A DNA stretch of 64,000 nt. Source: Octopus sinensis (lineage: Eukaryota). This document shows positions 24,781 to 38,889 of the stretch, piece after piece. The notes below the pieces were generated by a model. The model saw only the letters and a list, made by a program, of their open reading frames with translations. It was not told the origin of the DNA and did not search any database. The stretch is taken from positions 35,278,001 through 35,342,000 of the forward strand of contig NC_042997.1 in assembly GCF_006345805.1 (NCBI RefSeq), given 5' to 3'. Position 1 is the first letter of the stretch, and each line of letters starts with the position of its first letter. The position numbers and the translations under genes are program-made.

Positions 24781-27700
24781 TAACAATGATAATGATGATG
24801 ATGTTGATGATGATGATGAGGATGATCATGATAACATGATATTAGATCGCTGAACTTTATAAAGTATTTAACACGATGAAAAAGAAATGGAAACCTGAGA
24901 GAAAAAATCTCTACGTGTACAACAGAATGATGAGAAAGGTGCGCAGAAGAACAAAACTAACTGGAAGTAATGGGATGAAGGCATATATTACATAAAGAAT
25001 TTCAGTGTTGAGATACGCTACATCTCTTCTAAAGTAGACAATGAACTGGGAACGCACACCACTCTAAATATAGTATCGACAGGCTCTGCTTAACAAGAAG
25101 GAAGTGAGGCAGAAGTTTCTTTTTTTTAAACGCTGAAAACACTATAACGTCTGTGGTACTGTGTCTGAAAACCTCAATGTGCAAAGTAATAACGTAAATA
25201 TCTGCGGCCAGAAATATCCAGTTCCTACAACAAACCGAGGAAGTTGTGAGTGACAAATGTAAAAGTGAAACGGTAAAATGTTTCACCCATAGTAGCTCGT
25301 CTAGAATAAACTGTTAAAATGCACTTGATAAAAACAACGATTGATCAAACTTAGTAAGAGAGCAATGGTAGAGTGTCGGAAAAAGGCAAAGGATTAACTT
25401 TATCCGAGCTGAATGCACTGTGCGAACCCAATAGAATATAACTGTGGACATGACTGATCAGTAAATGAGGGCATTGAGATGTTACGCAAGTTTGACAGTT
25501 GGAAGTGAGAGAAAAGCGGTTTGATCACGAACTAGAGTTTGTGACTATGAACGATAGCTACAGAATTTTGTGACTTTTATCCGAACACACTGACCATTTA
25601 TATGCGAGAAGAAACTACATGTAATCGTGAAGTAGAGAATGAATTTGTCCTAAGATCTAATAAACATCACTCACAGTGCAATAAAAGATGTATATTTACA
25701 AAAATCTAGTCACAGAATTTTGGTCTTATCACAGCCAATCACTATAGAACGTGTTATATAAAAAATTGCTACACAATAATATTTTATTGAAAGCTGCGCT
25801 TCGTGCGACATTAATAATAGCATAAGAGCATAGACTTTGCAATCCCATATGATAATAGAATGGATATCAAGCAAACTGAAAGAATTGAGAGATAGGATTT
25901 GAGCAGGGAGATTTACAGTGGAAAAGCAAAAGTAAAAATAGCATTTGTGGTGATTCACTCATTGTCCACAACACCCAGAGGCTATCTGGCGGGTTAAAGG
26001 TTGATACTAGGATTGAGACAGTTATGATCGACCTGCAGAATATACCATCCTATATTTTAAAAGAATTTGGATAAGGAAGAGAAATCTATCAAACTTCTTT
26101 TATCTTTATAGCGGAAAGAATGTGTGGATAAAAAGAAAACAACAGTCGTGTAGTATATTAGCACACACCTATTGACGCACTGGTATGGACGGTATTGGGC
26201 AAAACCAAATTATGCAATAATAACTGCGTAACAACAGAGAAATTCAAAATTCCAATGCTAAATTTACCTAATTACCTAATCATGATTGAGCACTTTAAAT
26301 GAGTTGAATGGGATTTAACAGTACTTAAAATTCTTTACCATAAAAGTGAAGGTACACTATAATATATTGCAATTGCAAAGATGGGATAGATCAGTAGCAT
26401 CATGTTTAGATTTAATCTAACTTAGAAAGAATTAATGTAGGGAAACATTTGAAAAAGGAAACTGAAAACACATTCGAACGAAGTGTATAGCAAAACACAA
26501 GATATGTAAGAATCTTCACAATACTTGTGACTCTACAATAGGGAGATTGAAAATAAAAATGCATGCATGTTTTCATTATCTGATATAATTATTTATCTAA
26601 TACCTCTTGTGTTTACTAATTAGCAATGCCAGAAAAACGATGTCAAGCTGTAAAATAGAAATGTATTGCAAGCTAATTATTAACGAAGAAAATTTACGAC
26701 TTGATTTGGCAGGAGTACATAGTTTCTATACAAATGAATTCAGAAATAATAACGAGGAGCTCACGCGGTCAATAACTGTAATTAAATATTTACTGATTAA
26801 TGCTCGACTTCTAACTTAATTTGATCAGGATGAACTAAATATGAATTTATTGGGTTTCATCTAACATAGCAGCACCCCTGAAATAATTTTCTATTTTGGA
26901 ATCATTTAGCACCATTTTTCTATAGCTCCTTTCATTATAAGTCTGTATGATAAATGATCCTATGGGAACTTAGAAGTATAACTCATTACGATCAAAGATA
27001 ACAGAGAGATGGTAGGTTTGCACTTCAGAAAATACAAAATGTTAGTATATTTCTTTGTACAAATCCGAGGTATTCGTCAACACTCTACCTCTCCAAATCC
27101 CTTTAGGAAACATCTATTCTGTGGCAACTTCAGTAGACGCACACGTCGAAGGATACAAGATTTTATAAAGAATATCTAGTTCTTATTTTCTGAGTTGAAC
27201 TCAAAACTAAACAGCATTAAAATCTCTAAATTTTATTATAGTCATGTCTTACGAGCGTTTCATTCTGTAAATAATATATGCACCAGTTTAATAGTCAAAT
27301 GGGAACATTACTTGAAAGCGACAAGTTCGCTAAGGTGATACCAGATTGCTTACAATAAGTAGCAATACTTTGCTACAACATGTGAAGCTAATTTTCACCT
27401 TAAGGTGGAATTCAAACGGCAGTCAATACAGTTATTTGTATACACTGAATAGTAACATTATTTAATAAAGTATACCAATTCCTTCAAAATGAATTACCAT
27501 CAAAACTAAACAGTTTACATCTCTAGTATTTCTAGAGTAGCAATTTAGCTGCTAAAATGTTGTGCTATTGTTCTTTTACTTCTTAGTTATTAATCAATAC
27601 ATTCTGTATGCAAACATTTCTTTTACTATAGCAGTTGTCTATATACCACGATTTACACTCACATAGAATTTATGGTCATCTAATAGGTTCATAATCTCAT

Positions 27701-28599
27701 TTTCTATTCTGGTTGTCTTGAATTCAATTATTGCCTATTGCAGACACATTAAATTGGCGCCAATCTTCCTTCGAAAATGTGTACGGTCGTAATGAGAAAA
27801 ATAGTATTCCTCTTCTACCGTCTGCTTTTTTTTATTAAGTTTCGTTGTATTTCGTCCTATGATAATTCTCGAAGAAAGACAAGCTACTGTATATTATGTG
27901 CATCATTCTGTACTATTTTTCCCAATGGATTTTGTCATAAATTTGCGTGAAACTAACAAACATCAATTATACCATTCAAAATGCTATAAAAATCAGTTCA
28001 GTTCTTCCTAATTTTCGTACGATGAATATACACTATCTACCTGAGTTTTGTAGAAATTAATAAGCTATCTATTGCAGACTGCCGAAGCGTGTACATCACG
28101 GAAATTATTAATCACCATCAATTAAAAATTTTGATACGTCAATTATTTAAACCATCGGCATAACAGAGAGACTGACACTCTGTCGTTGCAAGTATACGCA
28201 AACTAAAGCAATCGGTAAGTGCGCGAACATACAAACATTTACATTTTCAAAATAATAGATAAATAAAACACAGAAGTACGATCAGAGAAAACAAATACGC
28301 CCCGACACAAAACTTTAGGTACGTGCGTGAATTGGGTTTAATTATAGAGTAACTGCATTTACCGATGTTTCACAACAGCTTTCCCGTAGATACCAATGAC
28401 AATGAATATCAAAGTCATTTGTTGTCAACGGGGAAATGAAGACTGCTACATACACACTCAAGGACACAGATACACACACATATACATATATATTTGAATA
28501 CCTAACGATATAATTAAAATAAAAGTGTTGTGTGTGCGGAGAGCTCGTTTCTGAATTACCTCCATAAAGTAGTTTATGCCGCTTATTCTTCGCCTGTTT

Positions 28600-28780
28600 C
28601 TACTTCTTGTGAAACGTTACCGGAAAGGTATGTCGGTTACATCAATCCCAGTGTTCCACTGGTTCTTAATTTATCGACCTTCGAAAGGATGTAAGGCAAA
28701 GTCGACCTCGGCGGAAATTGAAATCAAATGCCACGAAACCTTCTCCCCGACATACGAATGATTCTGCCAGCTGATCGCTT
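28600..28780 (-). mobile_element. SINE family A, decayed
   Basis: Reverse complement of the 4261 body (GGCAAAGTCGACCTCGGCGGAA, TTCTGCCAGCT). Confidence 0.7.
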
Positions 28781-28895
28781 ACTCACTAATAATAATAATA
28801 ATGATAATAATAATAATAATAATATAATAATAATAATGATAATAATAATAATAATAATAATAATATAATGATAATAATAATAATAATAATAATAA

Positions 28896-29463
28896 CAGTA
28901 CCAGACAGTGGCTTGCCCCGATGCAGTACCAGACAGTGGCTATCTTGGCTTCTGATCTTGACTGATTGGAAGTGTTAACATGTACATTGTCTTCGTATAA
29001 AAGATGGGCTACAGCAAATATTCTGCTCAATACCACAGATTTACTTGTCAGTTGTTTGACCTCAACTATTTGACCATGTCCTTTAGTGGCTGACGATATG
29101 TGCATCTCTGACCACGATCAGCAGCAGTGGGGGATCATCATAGCCGTGTGTTGAAAGTAATTCTTGGAGGTTTGGATAATTCACCTATGGAAACATGGGT
29201 GGTTCGTTCAACATCCTTAAACAATCCATATTCGGGGACCCTTTGAGCGGGATGGGCTACTCGAGCAGAAAAAAATTCTAACTGGGCCCCACCTGCAAGG
29301 TCATGTGCTGTTTATCTTGATATGAGATCACCATGTCGTGAACATATGGTTGTGATGCATGTTCCTGGTGTACCCTTATCAGACGGGTAGTCATGATGTG
29401 TATACTGGGCTTCGTATATTTTACCCCAGTGTCACTTTGATGGCATGCACTGCTCTCTCACTC
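28896..29463 (+). mobile_element. Probable retroelement 3' end or non-autonomous repeat between (AAT)n arrays
   Basis: Non-coding 570-bp insert with a duplicated 18-mer CAGTACCAGACAGTGGCT, ending ...GCACTGCTCTCTCACTC(AAT)n. Identity rests on recollection of octopus repeats. Confidence 0.5.
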
Positions 29464-29494
<31 letters not shown>

Positions 29495-29604
29495 TAATAA
29501 TAATAATAATAATAACAACAAGGACAACAACAACAAAAATAATAATATAAACAACGGCAACAACAACAACAACAACAGCAATAATAATAATAATAATAAT
29601 AATA

Positions 29605-29635
<31 letters not shown>

Positions 29636-29636
29636 T

Positions 29637-29960
29637 CTTTATTGACCATCAGAGTCGATTGCACAACAGAGGACGATACACAGACCAGGAAAAGTGTGGT
29701 TAAGCATGTAAACAGCAAGCAAACACAACGATTAACAAAGAAATTAAACCAACAATATGCTTCCTCTATAGGGATGAGTTTCACCGTAAGGTGACTAAAA
29801 ATACTGTACACACTTTGAAACCCTTAATATCAATGGCTCCTCAGGAATGCGTGCTCTCTTATCCACTCCATACGGCCTACAGGCGCACACTTACAGCAGG
29901 CCCACTGTTATAGTTATTGTGAACTACTCTCACATTATTCTGTTTCAGTTTCCCTAAACA
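29637..29960 (-). mobile_element. Possible Dong/R4-like 3' end
   Basis: Minus strand IPGAIDIKG..C.V.L-type C-terminus (frameshifted), then AATAAAGAA(TTA)n. Confidence 0.35.
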
Positions 29961-31796
29961 ATCTTTTTTAACTTTTTTCGTGTATTCGTTCAGTGGTATA
30001 CCTAGAATAGTTTCATTTCCATTGGTTCCTTTGGAAACATAACGAATATAAGATATCTCCTAATGATACATAATGTAATTGTCGGTAGGCTCTAATGAGA
30101 TTAAGCTATTAACTCTTAAACAATCGTACTTTATTGTTTTGAAGTTGTTACACGTTTTTGACGGTTACTGATTTTAAACGTTCATAAGAGTTAAGTTGAA
30201 ACGTTAATTATTTTATTGAGTTAAAATTATTAAGTAATTAACGGGGAGAGCCTCTGGGGGATTTAGAAAATTTTAACATTTTTAATACGTGTATAAATAG
30301 GATTAATCTTATCTTGTTGAAATTTCTTTTCTGTGTTGTCTGTATTTTGTAAAACTTGAGCTAACCAACACGTATAAATAATATCTAGCCAACACGGATC
30401 CACATTTGCAGTATTAAATTGAATTTTACTCTAATTCTGAACGTTACATCACGATCCTATTGTTCTCATATTAATTAAATTATCATATGCTCGAGAAACG
30501 TGTTAACTGTTTTTAATTTAGTATTACGATTTAAATTCCTGGAAGATATGTCTAATTTATACTTTTGTCAAACGAAACATAGTATTATTTATCTTGAAAT
30601 AATATGCCGTAATCTCTTATTTTAATAATATTTAATTACTCTCAAGTAAACTCCTTTAATTTTAAGCGACATCGTTGACATCAACACGAAAATTTCAAAA
30701 TTATGTAAGTTTTTTTTTTATTAACTTTAAAATACTTTGAACCGTTGTGAAAAATACACGCCTAAGATTATTACTTGATATTTCCTCCACTCGATTACTC
30801 CCCATGAAAATAACTTAGCAAAGTAAAGTTAACGGGTTTCTCTTCTCTACATACATTTGATAGCAATATCTGAACATCTGTCATATAATAAGCTGGTCAT
30901 TGTTGTAACTCAGAGTCTGAGAATACCATTTTCGGGAAAATTCGAGCGTATATCTCAACTTCTTTATAACGCACGTAATAAGATTTGAAAAAAAACATAA
31001 TTATTTTAAGGCATCTTTAAAAATAGCAAGAGTGAATTTACTGATGCTAATGCAAATGTTAGATAAAAATATATCTGGAAGTCATTTTCACCTAAATCTT
31101 TACTCACACATACATACACGCACGCGCGCGTACATAAAGCTATATTTCGCAAAATTTTTCGTAAAATACATAGTAATTTCTATGCCAGTTTTATATTCAC
31201 GCCACGGTTGTTCGACATCCGAAATCGCCATCTACTTACAGAAAACAATATCTTTCAACCTGCTGCACTAAAGATTCTAATTTCAATCACTAAAGCGGGA
31301 TATGTCAAAATCATATACGTACAATTCATTCTTATCCAGTATGAAGTTAATGGTCATAGGTAACTCACTTTCCTTGCTTTGTTTTGCGTATTGCAATAAT
31401 AATTTAGACAAACAAAATTTCCTTTTCATATATTGAAGTACTGAATTCATTTAAGAAACATTTTACTTTTGTTTATGAGGAATTAGATAATAATTGGATG
31501 AAGGGTGTCAATGATCATGAGTTAATGAATGAGCGAACATAGATTAGGATTATTATTTTCAAATGTGATATCCTTAAAGCTGTAACAAGCCACGTAAGAG
31601 GATAATGTGTACAATGACGTTTGCTTTTCAGCAAGATTTAGTGGCAAAAAGAAGTGATATGATTTCGTGCTCATGCTTTTCTCTCTTTTATTACTACTAT
31701 ACATCTAATTGGATATATTTGCGGAAATGATATAATCGCCTCCGATCAGCAAATATCGTGTAATCTTAGTCAAATGTAGTCTGTAATGTATGTATG

Positions 31797-31830
<34 letters not shown>

Positions 31831-31967
31831 TATAAACACACACGTACATGTATATCTATGTCTCTTTCTCTTTCTCTATACATATATACATATATACTTA
31901 GATACATACTTGCATACCTACATACATATATATGTGTGTATGCTTGCGTGTGCGTTTTTCTGTGAAA

Positions 31968-32305
31968 GTGCATGACTCAGTGGTTAGAGCCTCGCGCTCA
32001 CAATCATGAGGTAGTGAATTCAAGTACCGTGCCGAGCTGTGTGTTGTGTTCTTGAGCAAGACACTTCACTTCACGTTGCTCCAGTTCTCTGAGCTGTAAA
32101 AATGTATTGCGACGCCATTGGTGCCAAGCTGTGTCGGACGTTGCCTTTCCCTTGGACAACGTATGTGGTGTGGAGAGGGAAGACTGGTATGCATAGGCGA
32201 CTGCTGGTTTTCTATAAACAACCTTGCACGGACTTGTGCTTCGGGGGGTAGCTTTCTAGGTGCAGTCCCATGGGCATTCAGGACCGAAGGGTGTCTTTAC
32301 TCTTT
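31968..32305 (+). mobile_element. tRNA-derived SINE, family C
   Basis: GACTCAGTGGTTAGAGC A-box head and TTCTTGAGCAAGACACTT central domain. A second decayed copy lies at 47995-48240. Confidence 0.8.
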
Positions 32306-33849
32306 ATATGTATACATATATTGTGGGAATGCATGAATTAATGGTCAGGGTGTTTGACTCATGATCGTAGTTTTAAGCTTCCCATTTCCGGACCGGAAAA
32401 TGCGTTGTATTTAAACCAAAGTAAAAACTTACTTATACCGTCCATGATGTTGGAAGGAAAATGGCATGACTAAATACCAGTTGTCATTTGATACGATGCA
32501 TTATACATCCTATCAAATCATCGTCCCTGCTTGATACATAAGTTTTCCAAGCCCAAGAGAATGAAAGAAGAATTTATTCTCAAAACAATTATACCTCATC
32601 TCGTACAAGGACAAAAAGTCAATAGTAATCTGCCAATACCTTAATGATATGTACAGTTTTCCGAAGTTATGTATACTTTTAGTGTTATCAATATGTAATC
32701 ATTTAAAGGGATATGTTAGGATAATACTAAATATGTTGTATAATGTAATGTGATCCCCCTTTGAGTTAAAGTTTGACTGCATTTGAATACGTTTTGTATT
32801 AAATGAACCCCATTAAAATATACCAGATCTGTAGACTTCCTAAATCGAATTAAAATTCTGTAAAGAAATGTTTTCATGTAAGAATATTGATAAGGTAACT
32901 TTTCAAAAGAAATAATTTGTAATTGAAAGGTGATGCGTATTGGTTTAAAACGTACCGGACATTTGAAAGGAAAATGACATGACGTTTTGGGCAGACGATA
33001 CAGAAACTAATACTAAGGTTCATCCTCTAGGTATTGACAATTCAGATGCAAATACAACCTTTGGTATTTCTTTTCTAACCAAAACTTTAATATCCTTTTC
33101 AACTCTAACATTTATAAAGCGTTGTTCTATTGCATTCCATATAACTGTAACTTGCTTTGAAACAGAGTTTCCCTAAAATTAAAGCCGTTATGCTCATAAA
33201 ATTATTGTTTAGCTGAATAAGCGCATGTATTGCTGGGATCTTTTTCAAGTTGCTTAAGATGGAATTTCCAAATTTCAATACGAGTTTCTATTGAAAGCAT
33301 TCTGTTATATATCAGTATCAAGCAAATTTTCTTGCTCTTTTACTGATATATCTAGATCTTGATTCTTTCTGTATTAATATTATTATTAGAGAATTCATGT
33401 CTGTGTGTGCACGCATGCATACGTGCACACAGACACGCGCACGCACGCACAAACACGCACACATACACACACACACGCACAAATATATATATGTCAAGAG
33501 ATATTAACTCATAAAGAGAAAGGATAAGTAGAAGAAATGAGAGCTTTAGTGACGTATTTTTCTCCTAAAAGCATCAGAGCTTGATTCAGTACGCAGTTTG
33601 TACCTATATGTCCAATGATGTTATGCCTTCCGTTAAAATATTGGATAAATTGACGTAACACTCGAGAGGTGATCATGAAGACCCAATAATTCTAAAATAT
33701 TTTGTGGAAATTTATAGTTGGGAAACAAATACGCACTTATGCATATATATCTGTACAAACGTGCACATATCCCTAATGAAAGGTGTCTTCTGTGTGTGCG
33801 TGTGAGTGATTACATGAATAACCTATGTATCCATTGCTTATTAATATAT

Positions 33850-36050
33850 ATGCTTATATTAGGTTATTAAAGTACAGCGAAGGAATCCCTACTGCGGAAG
33901 TTACGATGGTTACGTTTGGTACGGGTGAAAGTGATGGAAAAGTACAAGCAGGTATGGGAGCGAGCGCGGGGTGCGAAATGATCTGGAAAAGGGTGTTTTA
34001 TGTGTGAAGAAGTAACTATGAATGAGGGAGTTGCAAATCTGAGCTACACTTGAGGAAGAATTTAATGGAAGGGAAAGAGAAGATGGCAGTGGCAGGGTCA
34101 CACTGATGACAGGAGGAGTAAAGGATCATGGTATGCTGTACGGGCAGGGTAGCTGGATGGTAGTTCAGACGATAGTAAATGCAATCTGTGGGATCCCAGA
34201 TCCGTGATGTAAAGGCTGAAATGCGACCAACGATAAGGAAACTGTTTAAAGCAGAATGGATAAGGGAGAGTGTGTAAATACGTCGAATAAAGACCCATGC
34301 CATTTGTTGAAACTACATGTTGATGCCGTGGTTATTGCAGTAGAAATGCCGGAGATGGATGATCTGGGAAGAGAAACGCCTGGCGTAAGTGAGGTTTGAG
34401 TAGGAGAAAACAAATAGGAGTTGGAGTTGGTGTGTTTGCAGAAAAGGGAGGTGGAAAGTACGAGGCTAGTTTTGTTGATAGAGACAGTAATATCGAAAAT
34501 GTTAAGAGAAATATCAGCGATGGGAAACGTAAATTGGAGAGAGGTGTGAAAAGAACTCAGGCATATTTAACGAGAGTACATCACTAGAGTGGGACTTGTG
34601 AACTGGGTGAATATCTGGGATTCCTCTTAGCCGACATAACGTTGCTCTCTTTCCAATGGCTGCTATAGCAACTTGTTCATATATATAACCCACACAAAGG
34701 AAACAATTAACTGTGAGCAGAAGCTCGTTTAAACGAAAGAGTAGAGTTTTTAGGACAGAGAGTAGAATAGGTGGAGGAAGTGTTTAAGAACTAGGACGTC
34801 ATCATTGTGAGGGATGGGGGATGTAAAGAGGGGTGATATCCATGGTGAAACTGAGGCGGGATGAGAAGGAAGGAAAAGGGAAGTCGTACTGTAGATAATG
34901 TTTGGTTTAATACATGTGGGAGAGGCAATCAGCAGCCAGGTGTCATGGAGTGTATCTGCCTGTAAGTGAAGAAATGAATTCAGTGAGGGTGATTACAAGC
35001 AGAGATAAATGTGTAGCCAAAGTTTTCGAATTTGTAAACCCTGAGCAGTTTGTATATGTAGAGGTGCGAAGGGTGTGGACGAACTACGGGGTAGCAATCA
35101 CAGGAAGAATGGGGAAAGAGGAAAAAAGCTGACGATGGTAATGAAACAAACTGTCAGTTGCGAGGTTGTGGTTAAATGACACTAGAATATATATTTCTTT
35201 ACTACACACAAGGGGCTAAACATAGAGGGGACAAACAAGGACAGACAAAGGGATTAAGTCGATTACATCGACCCCAGTGCGAAACTGGTACTCTATTTTT
35301 CGACCCCGAAAGGATGAAAGCATTTCGCCCTGCGCGCTAACGTTTCTGCCAGCTCGCCGCCTTATGACACTAGAATATAGATGATGTCTTTCCGAAGCTG
35401 ATGCATGGTTTCATTTTATAGATGTCGGGCACCAACACCAACATAACGCCGCCTTTATCTGCTGGTTTGATGACGATGAAATCGGAGCGATAATTGACAG
35501 GAGATTGTCCAGTTCTGCCCGGGGGTTTTTCATACGGTGCAAAGATTTTCGGAAGTCGAAGTAGCATCGATAGTTAGATACAGACAGGTATCGATAATTA
35601 GATACATAAGGCTGAATTGGTCAAGTCCAGTGCCTACTGCGATGGTCAGCGATCCAAATTGGTGAAGTAATTGGAGGCATTGAGTTCAGGATGTCTCACT
35701 GTATATATGTAAAATACGGAGAAAAGCAGATGGGAAGGAAAAGAGTGTTGGTGATGTTGGTAGTGGTGGCGGTGATGAAGAAGGCGGCGACGGTGTTTTG
35801 GGGGTGGGAATTAATAGTTAAAATGTGCGGTGGTTTCTGGTCACTAGCGGCTGCGCAAGGAGCAGTTAATAGGACAAATCTGAAGTTCGCTAAATCGTTA
35901 AAGTATACTATGAAGACCATGAACACAAAATGACAAAAAGAAAATACAGGACGGAAAAGTTTTAACAAATGGATTAATTTATCACCCAAAAGGAAGGCAA
36001 AGTATTCTAATCTGTCGCACACTGATCCTTCATTAGAAGAACTACTGAAA
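33850..36050 (-). mobile_element. Decayed Penelope-like element (RT region), interrupted by a SINE
   Basis: Minus strand IVIKPADKGG, PLFTSPIPHNDDVLVLKHFL (SLYTSIPH motif), SLP..SISGISTAI and PTD..YYRLNY. Confidence 0.65.
35192..35363 (-). mobile_element. SINE family A with internal deletion and 16-bp TSD
   Basis: ATGACACTAGAATATA at 35176-35191 and 35364-35379; B-box segment absent. Confidence 0.9.
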
Positions 36051-36120
36051 AGAAAAATAAATGAATAGAGAAATTGCTCGGGTTAAGATACGAGATATGG
36101 AGAATATTTAAAAGAGCCGA

Positions 36121-36160
36121 AAGTGTACTGAATCTCAATCCATGGAATTCATCAGGCAAT
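36121..36160 (-). ncRNA. Decayed hammerhead upstream of the minus-strand PLE
   Basis: CTGATGA ATTCC AT GGATT GAGA TTCAG TA. GAAA has become GAGA and stem I is lost. Confidence 0.35.
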
Positions 36161-36642
36161 AAATCTATGAAATATTTATAGAAAAATAATTGTAAACATA
36201 AATTATTGCTTTATCTCAAAGGGAATACGTTTTTTATTATCAGTGATAAAAACAACTACTGCAGTATAACGTTTCCTGTAACCGAGGACACAATGAATAA
36301 TGAGAAAACATAGATATTAGTACCCTGCCCTGTAGCTCGTGCACCGAAGTTCTGTATACGTTATCAATTGAATTGTTATCATTGAATTCTGTATACGTTA
36401 TCAATTGAATCAATATGAAATAGCCAACTCGAAGCCGAATCTTTTGAAAGTTGTAATTCGTTCACACATATAAAATTATATGTTGTAAATGAATCTTGAA
36501 TAAAATATTCTAATATCTATGACCACCTTTCTTTAATTCCCTGAGCGTCTGCTAATACTTCGCATGTACCACGTACTCGCGTTGTTGTCTTTTCTTGTTT
36601 TGTTCTTCGTTTTTTAGGGGATTTATGATATATGTATATATA

Positions 36643-36738
<96 letters not shown>

Positions 36739-37632
36739 GTGGGACGTTCCCTTCTTTATGCACATACCTAATGTGATACAAAATACACAGATTTATGCAA
36801 AATAATTAGATGCGCAAAATCCTACCCGTAATGGGCACTTGCCGGATGGATCGAACCGATCTTCGTATCGAATATAGACTAGAGCTAAATCACTCTTACG
36901 CTTCATTCATCAATTATTTTTCGTATGTCAACTAACATTGTGGGATTCCAGACGCAGATCCGGAAGAAATATACCCCAACAGGTAACCCAAACTCTGAAC
37001 GTATTTTACTCAACACACTGATTCACATTTACCTATTAGTCCCAAATCGCAGGCATACACACATACACACACACATATAAAAATTGAGTTATAAAATAAA
37101 GCTTGCGACGAAGATGGTTTTTGAGCTGGTGTCGGATATAATTGGAATGGACATGTAGAATATATATGGCTCTCTCGTTATCGTTTTCTAATTTCCAAAT
37201 AATAGGTAAAGTCGCAAATATGATGTAACATAACTTATTTTTGAATGAATCAGTCGAGATAGCATGATCATATATTTATAAATGGCAACACTGAAAGATC
37301 CCCGCAAGCAGCCGTTGAACTATAACTTGGTTTTGCTTTTCTGCTAGAACTAGAATTTTATGAAGGTATTTTATCCGCTTCAATCTACAGGATATAGTTT
37401 CAATAAGAAACATGAATACTGGTTCTATTAATAATATTTAACCAAAATGTTTAGGCAATTTATTGTCAGAATGTACAATTTACTTGTTAAATTCTGCATT
37501 TTATGGTTTAGGTATGTAAGTTTTAGTGAATTTTACGTTACGAACTCGGTTACTGCTCCAGTCATGCAAATGATACCAGAGCATTGTCAGAAACAATGCG
37601 TTCAAAAATTACCGTTAATGTATCAGGCATAC

Positions 37633-37663
37633 CTGTTATGATGATCCATTCAATATTCATCAT
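37633..37663 (-). CDS. Candidate first coding exon (signal peptide start) of the nAChR gene
   Basis: ATG ATG AAT ATT GAA TGG ATC ATC ATA ACA G|gtatgc. Phase 1 matches exon 15437 and gives MMNIEWIIITASIALC-DENEY. An in-frame TGA lies upstream. Confidence 0.28.
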
Positions 37664-38889
37664 TAAAAAAGAAATCAATCTTTTTGTCTGTAGTGCAGTT
37701 GTTACTCATGACTTTGTCACTGATTAATTTTACTTTATTATTTAGTTATAGCATGTGATATTGTAAACGTTCTCATTAATCTAAGGAGACTAAATTTGAG
37801 GTCAGGAAAACTTGATAATATGCGTTCTCTATATTTTTAATCAGTATTGTTTAAACATTTGTCAGTTCAAAATATAGAGGAAAATTATCGTTATATAATT
37901 TAAATATTTATTTTGCAGTTACACACACACACACACACACACATACAAATGAAGCATCTATTTGCTTGTCGCTTTAAAAGCAATGTTGTTTTTGACGTAA
38001 ATGAAGAAAACTTATTTTAAAAAAAATATGCAGAAGGAAGTAGTTAATTTCATAAAAGAAATGTAATGAAGTGTGCAGAATGCAGTATGTTCAAGGAAGT
38101 ATGACAAGTTTTGTGAAGAATGACATGGGACTAAAGATAAACATTTTATATATATTTTCACCTATCTTACTTCTGATGGTCATGATAATGATACAGAAAA
38201 GGACGAAGGTTATAGGTTGAAAAATTTAATTACTCCTCGAAATTGAATAAAACAAATTCAATCGGATGGTAGACGACTCAATTCCTTACCATAAATCAAC
38301 GAACCCTATCTTTTCAATTCGCTGCATCTCAAGCAGTAGTATAAAATATTAACAGTGCTTGGCTTTTCAATGTACGAACACATTTCTGAAATAAGGATAT
38401 TTATCATCATACGATGTCCACCCGTGACCTGTATTTTCTGGAAGCAACAGTATTTCGTCCAATCGATTGTAAAAGGAATACTACACAGAATAAATTGTTG
38501 TCTCCTTGTATGTCTTAAAATAGTACAGCTGCTTATGAAGAAGAAACATAAACGGACGCACAGGAAGAGAAATTTACTTGGCAAACGGTATTCGGAATTG
38601 ATTCCAGTTTTCTTTAAGAAAGCAAGCAGTGGAAAAATAATACCAAATATTTTCCTTCCAGCAGCACAAACGCCAATCTGTTATGATATGAAGAGTCGGG
38701 TGATGGCAAAACTGTCGCAATAACAATTGCAGTTTGAAAAATTGAAGAACGGAGCATTAAAGGTTATCTCTTTTATGTGCCTAGAAGACACCCCGTTACA
38801 AGTGAATATATTGTTACCTTTCCAAATGAAACAGTTAATAGGAACCAAAATTTCTTTTATTTGTTGTTGCTTAGTCAGGAGGGTTTGGC

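Noticed and set aside
25030-25600. Possible RTE RT remnant
   Set aside because: Only faint motif echoes amid many stops; not supportable.
30109-30195. TTAACTCTTA/TAAGAGTTAA 10-bp inverted repeat (piggyBac-like mini element)
   Set aside because: Short and AT-rich; expected by chance.
31369-31429. Alternative phase-1 first exon MKRKFCLSKLLLQYAKQSKE|gtgagt
   Set aside because: Too charged for a signal peptide.
35122-35165. CTGACGA..GAAA..GTC hammerhead-like string
   Set aside because: No stem II or stem I pairing; antisense inside a PLE ORF.
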